Made by a program: the position numbers and the translations under genes. Shown one piece after another: positions 33,502 through 42,697 of a stretch of DNA of 64,000 nt; positions within the stretch are counted from its first letter, which is position 1, and each line of letters opens with the position of its first letter. Below the pieces are notes generated by a model. That model made no database searches. It was not told where the DNA came from and worked only from the letters and a program-made list of their open reading frames with translations. The stretch spans positions 366,234 to 430,233 of the forward strand of contig CAVYSE010000028.1 in NCBI GenBank assembly GCA_963771075.1, read 5' to 3'. Source of the DNA: a candidate division FCPU426 bacterium. Its GTDB lineage: Bacteria; Oederibacteriota; Muellerivitia; Muellerivitales; Muellerivitaceae.

Positions 33502-34332
33502 TTATCTCTGTTTCAGCTTCTTCAAGCCTTTTTTAGGCGGTAAAAAATTCTCGCCTGTCACCACCTTTCGCCCTGTTTTGTTCTCCAACTCGAGCCGCGC
33601 CTTACGGGCGATGCCGCCTCCTTTTTGCCCTGCCTCTTTGTTCGGCTCCAGCCCCACGGCGCCTTCGGTTTCCGCGATCTGCCGGGTTGAAAGCTCGGCG
33701 AGGGCCGTGAAGATCAATTCCGCCTCGCTCATGTGGTCGCGGAGATTCTGGGTCTTGAGGCCTTTTATTTGCTTGTGGTCTTTTACCGAGACATCCGCCC
33801 ATTCCCGGTGGATGAGATCGGTCAAAAGGGCATATTCTTCATCGCCCTTGATCTCGTGATTTTTCCAGTAGTCCGTCAGTTTGTTTCGGGTTTCCTGGCC
33901 CATCATCCTCTGTTGGACCCATTTCTCGCTGCGGCCCTGCCGCAACCAATACTCCCGGGCACGGTCCAACGAAAGAGCGGGGTCTGCCATATCTTTCAGG
34001 CGTTCGTGGCCCACCTTAGCCAGCCACTGCTTGAGGGGCTCAACCTTGGGGGAAGGGATTGACTGCACGAGTCGCAAGATCTGTTCCGTATCCGCCATAT
34101 CCGTTAACCGATTCTTGCCATCCGCAGCGGTCATTTTCAACCTGTGACAATTTGTCACGGTTTGATTACCTTCTTTTCTAAGCCTTTCCTTGAGCTTTCG
34201 CCAATAAGCGCCGGGATCGACACTTTCAGTCAATGCGGAGACTATATCCACAATAACGAAAAACCATTTTTGGTTTTTCTCATCCCAAATACGCCGGACC
34301 TTTTTATCTTCAAATAAGACCATATTACCCAT
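33502..34332 (-). CDS. Bro-N domain DNA-binding protein
   Basis: FEDKKVRRIWD, YWRKLKERL, RLVQSIPSPK and NLRDHM motifs. Confidence 0.88.
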   Translation of the reverse strand: MGNMVLFEDKKVRRIWDEKNQKWFFVIVDIVSALTESVDPGAYWRKLKERLRKEGNQTVTNCHRLKMTAADGKNRLTDMADTEQILRLVQSIPSPKVEPLKQWLAKVGHERLKDMADPALSLDRAREYWLRQGRSEKWVQQRMMGQETRNKLTDYWKNHEIKGDEEYALLTDLIHREWADVSVKDHKQIKGLKTQNLRDHMSEAELIFTALAELSTRQIAETEGAVGLEPNKEAGQKGGGIARKARLELENKTGRKVVTGENFLPPKKGLKKLKQR

Positions 34333-34356
34333 GTTTCCTCCTCCCCCTTTTTCGTT

Positions 34357-37300
34357 CTATTTCATTCGGACCTGCTGCTCATCCGCGCATGATTTGCAGG
34401 ATTCTAAAAACTTCCTGATGGCCGTCTTTACATTCCAAGGGTCCGTGATTTCCAAAAAAGCCCATCTCCCATAACCCCCATCGTTATTCACGGCGGGCAC
34501 CCAGAAGTCCCTGGCGGTAGCCACTTTGGCTTGCTTTTCACGGCGTTGTTCACCGGTAACTTCTAATATCAGGTTTAAGGGATCTTCATGGCCATCTTTT
34601 AAACGCACAATGAAATCCGGAATATAGTCGTGTTCCTCGCCCTCAAAAATATAAGGAATCGTGAAATTCAAGTGCCGGTCGTTCTTGATGTAGCTGGAAA
34701 CTTCATCCATGTTTTCCAGGGACTCGGCCAATTTTTGTTCCCAATCCCTGGTATCCGCCACGATGAAATTGGCGTGGCACTTTCCCGGTTGGGTCTGGTA
34801 TAGGCGTTTCTTGGACGCCCGGAAATCAATGTACCGCGTGGAACCGACCGTGTCGAAAGACCGCAAGATGGGTTTTAAAACTTTCTGGCCTTCCGTGGAA
34901 CGGACGATGGCCCCGTAAATCTTCTCCGCCGCTTCCTCCAGGGGCCTGCTCAAGGATATGAGCGGTTTAAACGTATCGTCCTTGCATTCCAGGTATTCGT
35001 CATACCATTGGCGGACGATGGAAAGGATTTGGGGGAAAAGCCAAGGCTTGGGATTTCCCTCCGCGTCCGCGAAATACTTTTCCATGACCCTTTTGGCGAT
35101 ATGGAACTGCACTTCCTGGTTCCTCAGGCTTTTAAGCTTATCGAGCGTGTGGATGGTGACCTCGCCCACGATGGGGGCCACTTCGGTGGAGGTGGGCAAA
35201 TCGGCGGTGGAGAGGACCTTTTTGGATTCGGGCCCGAATTTCACGGACAATCTTTCCTCCGGCAGGTCGTAGCGGTATCCCGAAAGCCGGGGGAAGGTGA
35301 TTTCGGTTTTGGAGGGGTTCCCGATGGCAAAAACATGTTCGGGTGGATCTCCTAAATTGACTTCCGAGGCCGATCCGGAACAGGGAATGAATGAGAACGG
35401 GACGCCATAAACCTCGGCGTATTCCGGGTCAAAATAATCTTTCCCATCTTCTTTCCGTGTTGGGACGTAACTCATCCGGCGCAAGCCACGGCCCACGACC
35501 TGCTCGCATAAAAGCTGGGTTCCAAAGGCCCGGACGCCCAGGATATGGGTGACGGTGTTGGCGTCCCAACCCTCGGTCAGCATGGAAACCGAGACTACGC
35601 ATTTGATGTGCTCGCCCAGCTTCCCGGGTTTCCCGACCGTGTTCATGACCTCGCGCAGGATGTCCTGGTCCGTCAATTGGTCGGCGGAACGCCCCGGGTA
35701 GCGGACCATGTATTCCCGCTTGAATTCCTCGATCTCGTGTTCGGCCATTTTCTTGAAATCGGGGTTCATGGCGTCCTCCGATTCCAACTGTTCGCTGTCC
35801 ACCAGGATCGTATTGGGCCGGCCAAGCCACCCTCCGTTTTCGACGTTGCTGAAAAGCTCGAAAGCCCCCTTCACCAAAACCGTTTTGTCTTTTTTAAGCG
35901 TTTTCTCGTGGCCCGAAACGTAATCATATACCAGCTTGGAAACGTTGGTGTTGTTGCAGACGACGATGAAAACGGGAGGGGTCAGGCCGCGCCTGCGGTT
36001 CTCCGTGTTTTCTTCCCATTTCCGGTAATGCTTCTCGTAATTCTCGTAAAGGCTTTGGAGGGCGCCTTCCAATTCCAGGGGCAGCCGGGGGTTAGAGCCC
36101 AGGCCCTCGGTGCCGCGTCCCTTTTTGGGCAGGTTGTCCCGGATTCTCAGCCAAAGGTCCCGGTAGGTCGGCTGGTCCCCCACCATGGAGTTGTCGGAGA
36201 TGGGAACCCTGGGGATCTTGACGATGCCCGATTCGATGGCGTCCACCAGCGAAAAATCCGAAACCACCCAGGGGAACAGCGCCCCTTCCCTGTAACCGGA
36301 GCCCTTCAGGAAAAAGGGCGTCGCGGACAGGTCATAAACCGCCTTCACGCCCAGCTTGTTTTGGACGGCTTCCAGGCCGGAAATCCAGACGCGGGCTTCC
36401 TCATTGCGCTTTTCCGCCTCACGGGATTCGGCCCCGGAGAGGTCCTCCTCAATATCTTCCGCCGTTTCCACCCTGCGGCGGTAGCAATGGTGGGATTCGT
36501 CGTTGATCACGATGATGTTTTTCTTGTTCCCGAATTCCCGGCATACACGGCGGACCATCTGGTCCGGGGTTTCCGTGAAGGGGCTCGCGCCATTGTTGGC
36601 TTTGTCGTCTTTTCCGCGAAGGATGGCCTTGGTAAGTTTGCCCGCCTTGATAATTTCCCTGGGTTTGAATGAGTGGAAATTGGTGACGAGTATTTTGGCC
36701 GACCCGAGTTTCTCCAAGTCCTGGGAGGGGACCAAATCCATTTTTCGGTAATAGTTTTCGGGGTCATTGGGCAATAGGACCCGCAGGCGGTCGCGGATGG
36801 TGATGCCGGGGGTCACGATGAGAAAGGAATCCCCGAATTTGGGGTTCTGGGTTTCGGCGGCCTTGTTCAGGACGTGGTAGGCGATGGCCATGGCCATCAC
36901 GACGGTCTTCCCGCTTCCGGTCGCCATTTTGAAGGCCATGCGGAAGAGAAGCGGGTTCGCGTCGTCGTTGAATCGGCGGATGTCGTTCAACATCCAACTG
37001 TCGTTCTTGGGGGCGATTTCCGTCAGGTAAACCAGCGTCTCGATGGCTTCCACCTGGCAGAAGAAAAGCCGTTGGGGCCTTCCCGGGTTTTTCCAGTAAT
37101 CCAAAAGGCGGGCGGTGGTTCGGGTGATACCCGGATACTTGATTTTCCGCCATTCGGAAACCTTGGCGCGGATTTGGTTGATGAACTGGTTTTCCTGGAT
37201 GCGGTCCCCGGTCCATTCGGTGTTGAGGGAAAGCTGTTCCCTGCTTCTTTTCCTGGATTTGGGGATGGGCATGAAGTAGGAACTGACGCGCCTGGCGTCC

Positions 37301-37401
37301 TCGACCGTGTTCGTGATGCCCTCGTCGTCGAACTTGAAATGGCGCGCGGGTTCTTCGTAGGGGGAATTAAGGATGGGGTTGTCGATAACGACTTGGTTCA
37401 C
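34357..37401 (-). CDS. res: Type III restriction endonuclease/helicase (Res)
   Basis: FFCQVEAIET, MATGSGKT, DESHH and EGWD motifs; C-terminal YIPDF..ILEVTG nuclease region. Confidence 0.92.
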   Translation of the reverse strand: MNQVVIDNPILNSPYEEPARHFKFDDEGITNTVEDARRVSSYFMPIPKSRKRSREQLSLNTEWTGDRIQENQFINQIRAKVSEWRKIKYPGITRTTARLLDYWKNPGRPQRLFFCQVEAIETLVYLTEIAPKNDSWMLNDIRRFNDDANPLLFRMAFKMATGSGKTVVMAMAIAYHVLNKAAETQNPKFGDSFLIVTPGITIRDRLRVLLPNDPENYYRKMDLVPSQDLEKLGSAKILVTNFHSFKPREIIKAGKLTKAILRGKDDKANNGASPFTETPDQMVRRVCREFGNKKNIIVINDESHHCYRRRVETAEDIEEDLSGAESREAEKRNEEARVWISGLEAVQNKLGVKAVYDLSATPFFLKGSGYREGALFPWVVSDFSLVDAIESGIVKIPRVPISDNSMVGDQPTYRDLWLRIRDNLPKKGRGTEGLGSNPRLPLELEGALQSLYENYEKHYRKWEENTENRRRGLTPPVFIVVCNNTNVSKLVYDYVSGHEKTLKKDKTVLVKGAFELFSNVENGGWLGRPNTILVDSEQLESEDAMNPDFKKMAEHEIEEFKREYMVRYPGRSADQLTDQDILREVMNTVGKPGKLGEHIKCVVSVSMLTEGWDANTVTHILGVRAFGTQLLCEQVVGRGLRRMSYVPTRKEDGKDYFDPEYAEVYGVPFSFIPCSGSASEVNLGDPPEHVFAIGNPSKTEITFPRLSGYRYDLPEERLSVKFGPESKKVLSTADLPTSTEVAPIVGEVTIHTLDKLKSLRNQEVQFHIAKRVMEKYFADAEGNPKPWLFPQILSIVRQWYDEYLECKDDTFKPLISLSRPLEEAAEKIYGAIVRSTEGQKVLKPILRSFDTVGSTRYIDFRASKKRLYQTQPGKCHANFIVADTRDWEQKLAESLENMDEVSSYIKNDRHLNFTIPYIFEGEEHDYIPDFIVRLKDGHEDPLNLILEVTGEQRREKQAKVATARDFWVPAVNNDGGYGRWAFLEITDPWNVKTAIRKFLESCKSCADEQQVRMK

Positions 37402-37616
37402 GATATTCCCGCGGACATGAGATAAAACGGGGCCATTATAACTGCCTAATAAGTCGGGCTATGCCCCAATCTGTATTGGATTTCAAAAGCAAAAGGGGGC
37501 CGTGGATTGGCCGGAGGTGCTTCTAGGGGCAACAAAAAATCGTAAATTTAGGCGTGATATCAGAGGTATTCTTGATTGATGAGATCTGTGCTTTCTTATT
37601 CCAGGTGAGACGCCCG

Positions 37617-38000
37617 TTATCCGGCAAGGGATTCCAGCTTTTCCTTCAGGGCCGTGATCTTCCGAACCGTTCCGGCACGGTCTAAAGGGTCCTCGGCGGG
37701 ATCGTGCGACTCATAACGGAATTGGACGGCAAAGGCGTTGAGTTCGACCAGGTCCCAGAAGGGTTCCACATCCTCTCCGTCCGCCTTCAGTTCGGCGAGC
37801 AGCGCCCGGATGTCGTGCGTGAGGGGGTATTCCCTTCCCTTGGACGCAAGCCAGGCCTTCAAGTATTTTTCCACGGCCTGCTGGGCATGGAAGCCGAACA
37901 CTTCATCCGCGAATATCGCGGCGTTTCCCATGGCTTGCAAGGCCAGAACATCCCTCGCTGCTGCGTCCATCATTTGGCGGGCGGGATCATTCACGCTCAT
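37617..38000 (-). CDS. HEPN domain protein
   Basis: FHAQQAVEKYLKA, THDI and FRY motifs. Confidence 0.9.
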   Translation of the reverse strand: MSVNDPARQMMDAAARDVLALQAMGNAAIFADEVFGFHAQQAVEKYLKAWLASKGREYPLTHDIRALLAELKADGEDVEPFWDLVELNAFAVQFRYESHDPAEDPLDRAGTVRKITALKEKLESLAG

Positions 38001-38322
38001 AGAGGATCTTTCCCTCCCGCAAGGCCCGTCCCAACACGTGGTTGCGGTCGCCCCTCCAGCGTTCCATCTCATCCCGGCTGTAAAGCAGGAGGTCCAAGGG
38101 AACCCGCCAATCCCTCAATTTCATTCCGATGCGCGCCAATTCCCTCCGCCGGCTCCTGGCCGCCGAAAAAGGCTCCGATTCCACAACGATCAGGTCGATA
38201 TCGGAATGGGCCCCTCCCTCCCCCCGAGCCCGGGAGCCGAAAAGGATGATTCGCTCCGGATGCGCCGCCTCCACAATGGCCCGCCCTATTTCCTTGATCA
38301 TCCCTTCCGTGACCGTGACCAT
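37987..38322 (-). CDS. Minimal nucleotidyltransferase (MNT) of a HEPN-MNT pair
   Basis: IILFGSRARG..SDIDLIVV motif. Confidence 0.92.
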   Translation of the reverse strand: MVTVTEGMIKEIGRAIVEAAHPERIILFGSRARGEGGAHSDIDLIVVESEPFSAARSRRRELARIGMKLRDWRVPLDLLLYSRDEMERWRGDRNHVLGRALREGKILYERE

Positions 38323-38589
38323 TGCCTGTCCTTTTCCAAACTTTGCGGCCTATTCTATCCGGAAACCAAGGCCTCTTCCCATCGGCGGCCCGTAAAAGAT
38401 CGTCGGTTAATGCGGTTTTAAATGGCCTTATCCAATGAAACCCACCCTAAAAATGGAAGCGCGTAAATTTTGTATAATTGAGTATACAAAAATCACTTAT
38501 CAAAAAAGGCCTATTTTATTGGATAAAACAAGGGAATGGCTTTTGAGCTGGTAAACAGATGGAGACTGCGCCTTTATCGACCAATCGCA

Positions 38590-38752
38590 TCACCACTTCA
38601 CCGGGCATTTCATGATTTCACCTGATTGCTTGTGCTTGAAAAGGACATGCCCTTTTTCCCGGCCGAATTTCCAGAGGTCGTGGGTGAGCTTCACATCCTG
38701 CCGGCAATAGTCGATCACCTGGTCGAACTTCCCCTCCCGCCACCACTTCACC
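38590..38752 (-). pseudogene. Duplicated 3' end of the DUF1998 helicase gene
   Basis: 38593-38752 matches 42704-42863 at 148/160 nt by manual alignment and has its own TGA stop. Confidence 0.92.
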
Positions 38753-38764
38753 TCAATTATGCAC

Positions 38765-38926
38765 TTAACGTTTGAACTCCGTCCTCACCCCCCCTTTCAC
38801 GCCCTTCAAGTCGAATTTCTCCGGTTCGAACTCGCGGTCGAGCCAATCCGGCATTTGCCGGTGCTCGGGATGCTTGAGGTCAGCCACAACTGCCAAAAGG
38901 TCCTCATAGCCTGGCGGACCGCCGCC
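38765..38926 (-). pseudogene. C-terminal remnant of a pRiA4b ORF3-like protein
   Basis: Manual translation GGPPGYEDLLAVVADLKHPEHRQMPDWLDREFEPEKFDL; no start codon or N-terminus. Confidence 0.7.
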
Positions 38927-38955
38927 GGCCTGACTGTCAATCCTCAGGTATTTTC

Positions 38956-38993
38956 AATGACCCTCCCCGGGGCAAGCCCCGGGGAGGGTCATT
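38956..38993. terminator. Perfect GC-rich hairpin downstream of the SWIM gene
   Basis: AATGACCCTCCCCGGGGC-AA-GCCCCGGGGAGGGTCATT. Confidence 0.6.
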
Positions 38994-39027
38994 TTCATTT
39001 TCTGCACCATGACAATTTCTCCAAATA

Positions 39028-40779
39028 TCAACCCCATTTCTCCTTCTCAAGCAGGGCCATGAAATTACGCTTGGCTTTGTGCTTAAGGCGCATGACGGCC
39101 ATGTATTGTTTGAAGTCAGCCTCACGGCCCAGCCGGATCATGAGATCCCGGATCTTGCGGAGCAAGCCCACGGCTTCCCCATAGGCCTCGTTGTTCTTCC
39201 GGTCCAGTGTGGGCTCCACCCGTTTCTGGTAAATAGGCAGGGAGTCCGCGGGATGTTCCTTCTCCCTCTTGGCCGCCAACTCCATCCAAAGGCCTTCCGC
39301 GCAGCCGCCTTCCTGGGCCTCCCGCCACGCGGCTTCCAGGTTCCTTTCCCACAGGAACACGCGCACCAACTCGGAACGGCCGACGCCGTACAGGCCCCGG
39401 GAATGGAGCCGTGCGTCAGCCGCTTCCTTGGCGCCTTTTTTCCTGAGTAGCGCGATGGCCTTTTCCCGCCAGGAGGGCCACTGGGCCGCGCGGTCGGCGC
39501 TTTTTTTCAGCTTCTTGTATTCGTCCAAGCCGGGCGATCCGGCAAAACCGTCCCAAACTACTTTTATGGCTTCGTCATGCCGCTTGCGCCGGTGGTATTC
39601 CTCGGCCAGGAACTCCCTTAAATCAGGATGGGTGTCCCCCGGGAAGGCCTTGAGCCCTTGTTCGGCCCAATCCAGCGCCGAATCGTGTTTTCCCGCCTCC
39701 TTGTAGGTCCGCGCGATCCCAAGGAAGCCGTAGGCGCTTGATAGTTCCCGCTTCTTGACCTCAACCAAAGCCTCCACGTCCCCGGATTGCCGGGCCAGGG
39801 TTTCCATGATGCGCGTGATCCGGAAGCGCTTCCCGTATCTTTCCTCGTCCTTGCCGCCGGGTCCCAGGGCCGGCACATCCACCCACTCGACCTCGGCCAG
39901 TTTCCTGTACGAGGCGAGTCCCTCTTTCCCGAGGACATCCGCGTAGCTTTCCGCCGCGCCGAGGAAGGTTTCCCATTCCGAGTTGAGTTCCCAATCGAAA
40001 AGCCGCCGGGCCAGGTTCCCGGGGTCAGGCTTGGCTTTGCGGCAGGCCTGGAGGTGGATCTCCTGGAGATCCTCCAGGAGGCCGCCCATGAGCCCGTCCG
40101 AGTCGTCCACCGAACCCAGGGCCCCCTCGACGGCGGCCAGGGCGTACTCGCAAATCTCGACGGCCTCGTCGGCGTGGCCTTCCTTGAGGAGTTCCTCCAC
40201 CGATTCCACCGCTTCCCCGATCCGCGAGGCGTAATCGGGCAGGGCGCGGTAGTCCACGAAATCCCCGGCGCTGACCGCGTCGTCGATGGCCCGCCGGTAG
40301 GTGGAAAGGGCGATGCCCTTGGAACCCTTTTTCGCCGCGGCCAGGAGAAGCCGCTGCCGGAGGCGGTCATCGTTCATGGCCTGGTCCATGAGCAGCTTGA
40401 CGAGGGCATCCTTGCCTTGGGCCCCCAAGTGGGAACGGACGTCCTCCATGGTCACGGAGGGTTTTCCCACCTTTCCACCGCCCTTGGAGTTCCCGGCCTT
40501 TTGATGGAGCCAAGCCAGGCCCACGGCCACGCAATGCTTGCAGAAGTCGCCCTCAATACCCATTGGACAGGAGCAGTCATAGTCGAGTCCCCCGCCCTTA
40601 TCCCGCAGCTTCACGCGGTAGGCCCCTTGGTCGCCGTGGACCTTGGCGGTGATGGTTCCCTCGTAACCCTCCAAGGACCGCACCCGTCCATTGTTGAAAT
40701 AGTCCTCCCCCCGGGCGAACGAACGCTCCCCCGCCATGCGGCGCAGCGCCGAAGGGTTGAATGAAGCCTCCTGGGCCAT
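39028..40779 (-). CDS. SWIM zinc-finger protein with helical C-terminus
   Basis: SFARGEDYF and CSCP..FCKHCVA motifs. Confidence 0.88.
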   Translation of the reverse strand: MAQEASFNPSALRRMAGERSFARGEDYFNNGRVRSLEGYEGTITAKVHGDQGAYRVKLRDKGGGLDYDCSCPMGIEGDFCKHCVAVGLAWLHQKAGNSKGGGKVGKPSVTMEDVRSHLGAQGKDALVKLLMDQAMNDDRLRQRLLLAAAKKGSKGIALSTYRRAIDDAVSAGDFVDYRALPDYASRIGEAVESVEELLKEGHADEAVEICEYALAAVEGALGSVDDSDGLMGGLLEDLQEIHLQACRKAKPDPGNLARRLFDWELNSEWETFLGAAESYADVLGKEGLASYRKLAEVEWVDVPALGPGGKDEERYGKRFRITRIMETLARQSGDVEALVEVKKRELSSAYGFLGIARTYKEAGKHDSALDWAEQGLKAFPGDTHPDLREFLAEEYHRRKRHDEAIKVVWDGFAGSPGLDEYKKLKKSADRAAQWPSWREKAIALLRKKGAKEAADARLHSRGLYGVGRSELVRVFLWERNLEAAWREAQEGGCAEGLWMELAAKREKEHPADSLPIYQKRVEPTLDRKNNEAYGEAVGLLRKIRDLMIRLGREADFKQYMAVMRLKHKAKRNFMALLEKEKWG

Positions 40780-40820
40780 AGGACTTATTTTCCTTCCCGT
40801 CCCTACTTGGCGTAGGCCGC

Positions 40821-41108
40821 CTAAAATTTCACGTCCGGATATCTTTTAACGATCATTTCCAACAAACCAGGGAACTTCCGCTCACAGTCCCTTTTGCCTT
40901 GCCCGCCATCGGAAAGGAAAAAAGAAAAATCATAACCCTGTGCGCGGGTGGTCAATCGAGTCCTGCGGACTTGAAAATCGATGTATGCCGATCCGTCGTA
41001 TTGAAGGAAATAATCCACCTGTGACCCATTATTTAATACCAAAGAACCGTATCTTTCCTTAATTTCACCCATGAAATTCCATCCCTGGGATTTAATTTCC
41101 AAGACCAT
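40821..41108 (-). CDS. Hypothetical protein (AT-richer than neighbours)
   Basis: 95-aa ORF co-oriented between the ATPase and SWIM genes. Confidence 0.5.
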   Translation of the reverse strand: MVLEIKSQGWNFMGEIKERYGSLVLNNGSQVDYFLQYDGSAYIDFQVRRTRLTTRAQGYDFSFFLSDGGQGKRDCERKFPGLLEMIVKRYPDVKF

Positions 41109-41153
41109 TGTTTTTAACTTTTTTACTAATTCATCTATCCTTTTCCAAACTTC

Positions 41154-42647
41154 CTACCCCTCCCTTCCCCAGCCCTCCAGGAAACGGTTGAGGAACTCGG
41201 ACAGGGACTTCTCGCGCTCCACGTATTGGGACAGCACCCAGGCCACGGTGACGGCGATATGGTAGCTCTCCGACCGGGACTGGGCGGCCCGACGGTAGGC
41301 GGGGTGGGCCTGGTTCACGCAGACGGTGGTGCCCGAGAGCCAGCCCATCTCGGGGCGGTCCGGCCTCAAGTCGAAGGTGATCCTCAAGCCCGCCGGTTTT
41401 TTCTGGCTTTCTTCCCCCTCCTCGCCCGGCTCCACCGCGTCCACAGGTTTTTCCGGTTCCGCCGCGGCCGACGGCTTTTCCGCGACGTCCTTTTCCACGG
41501 GTTCGGCAGGGGGCGTTCCCGGTCGCGCCTCTTTCCCCTCCCCGCCGCCGGGGATAGCCCTGCGCCTCGTGTCCAAGAGGGGCCGCAACTCAGGAAAATC
41601 CCCCACCAGGCCCGCCACCACCTGCTCGATTTCCTTCTGCGAGGGATAGGCTTTCTTGGGGGAGGATTCCAGCGCCGCCTCCCATTCCCCCAGATCTCCT
41701 AGGGCCGGTTCCACCATCTTCAGGATGGCTTTCCGGTACCGGTAATACTGCTTGAGGCTGGTGGAGTCCTTGAGGAAATCCGCCTTGTGGGTCGTCAGGA
41801 GAGCGGCCCAGCCCGGGATCTCGATCATACCGGTGATCCGGTCCGGGTTGCCGGGGCGGATACCCAGCCATTCCCACCCGCGCTTGATGACCTTTCCGTA
41901 GGTGGCGGCCCCCAGGCCGCGCTTTTCCTCGGGCAGGGGGGCGGGGGAAACCCCCACCCACCCGAAACCCGCCAGGGTGCGCCGGGCACCCAGGTGGATG
42001 GGGAAAAACCGGCTGCGTTCGGGCGGGAACTGCGCCGCTTCACCCTCCAAACGCCGACCGGAAACGATGAAGGAAAAGGGACGCCGGTAGAGCCTACCGT
42101 AAATGGCTTCCACGAAACGAGGATGCAACAGGGGCTCAAAATGCCTGCGCAAGACCTCCTCCAGCCAGGGGGCTTCCAGGAGTTTCGAATGGGCGGAGGC
42201 CAGGTGGAACGAGATGGCGGTTCCGTTTGTGCCTTCCGGCACCAGCCCCTGGGGCCCGACATATCGCCAGGGAGCCCGCAGGGGGGATTCCAGGTGCCAG
42301 CGGGTCGCGTGGTGGGATTTCCCGCAGCGGCTCTCGGTGGTCACGGCCTCGCAGATCAAAAGCGAAAGCTTGGCGCCGATGCCGGCGAACCCGATGCCCT
42401 TGCCCCGGACCTTGGTGGAGGAAGCGATGTCGTGGTAGCCCTTGAGGCTGCCGCGGGCCATGCCCTTGCCGTCGTCTCGCACCACGAGGGTTTTCTCGGC
42501 GGGATGGGGCTCGAACCACGCGGTGGACGCCCCCGAATCCAGGGCATTGGCCACCAGTTCGGTGATGATGGTTTCCTCCTCGGGGAAGGGATAGCCGTCC
42601 CGGATATCCTCCAGGAGGTGCCTCAGGTTGATGCGAGTCTGGCCCAC
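41154..42647 (-). CDS. GHKL (MORC/Hsp90-like) ATPase
   Basis: ELVANALD, DDGKGM and GIGFAGIGAK motifs. Confidence 0.85.
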   Translation of the reverse strand: MGQTRINLRHLLEDIRDGYPFPEEETIITELVANALDSGASTAWFEPHPAEKTLVVRDDGKGMARGSLKGYHDIASSTKVRGKGIGFAGIGAKLSLLICEAVTTESRCGKSHHATRWHLESPLRAPWRYVGPQGLVPEGTNGTAISFHLASAHSKLLEAPWLEEVLRRHFEPLLHPRFVEAIYGRLYRRPFSFIVSGRRLEGEAAQFPPERSRFFPIHLGARRTLAGFGWVGVSPAPLPEEKRGLGAATYGKVIKRGWEWLGIRPGNPDRITGMIEIPGWAALLTTHKADFLKDSTSLKQYYRYRKAILKMVEPALGDLGEWEAALESSPKKAYPSQKEIEQVVAGLVGDFPELRPLLDTRRRAIPGGGEGKEARPGTPPAEPVEKDVAEKPSAAAEPEKPVDAVEPGEEGEESQKKPAGLRITFDLRPDRPEMGWLSGTTVCVNQAHPAYRRAAQSRSESYHIAVTVAWVLSQYVEREKSLSEFLNRFLEGWGREG

Positions 42648-42697
42648 GAAAACCTCCGGCTTGCGACTATTAAATATTTCTCCCCTGGACGGTCATC

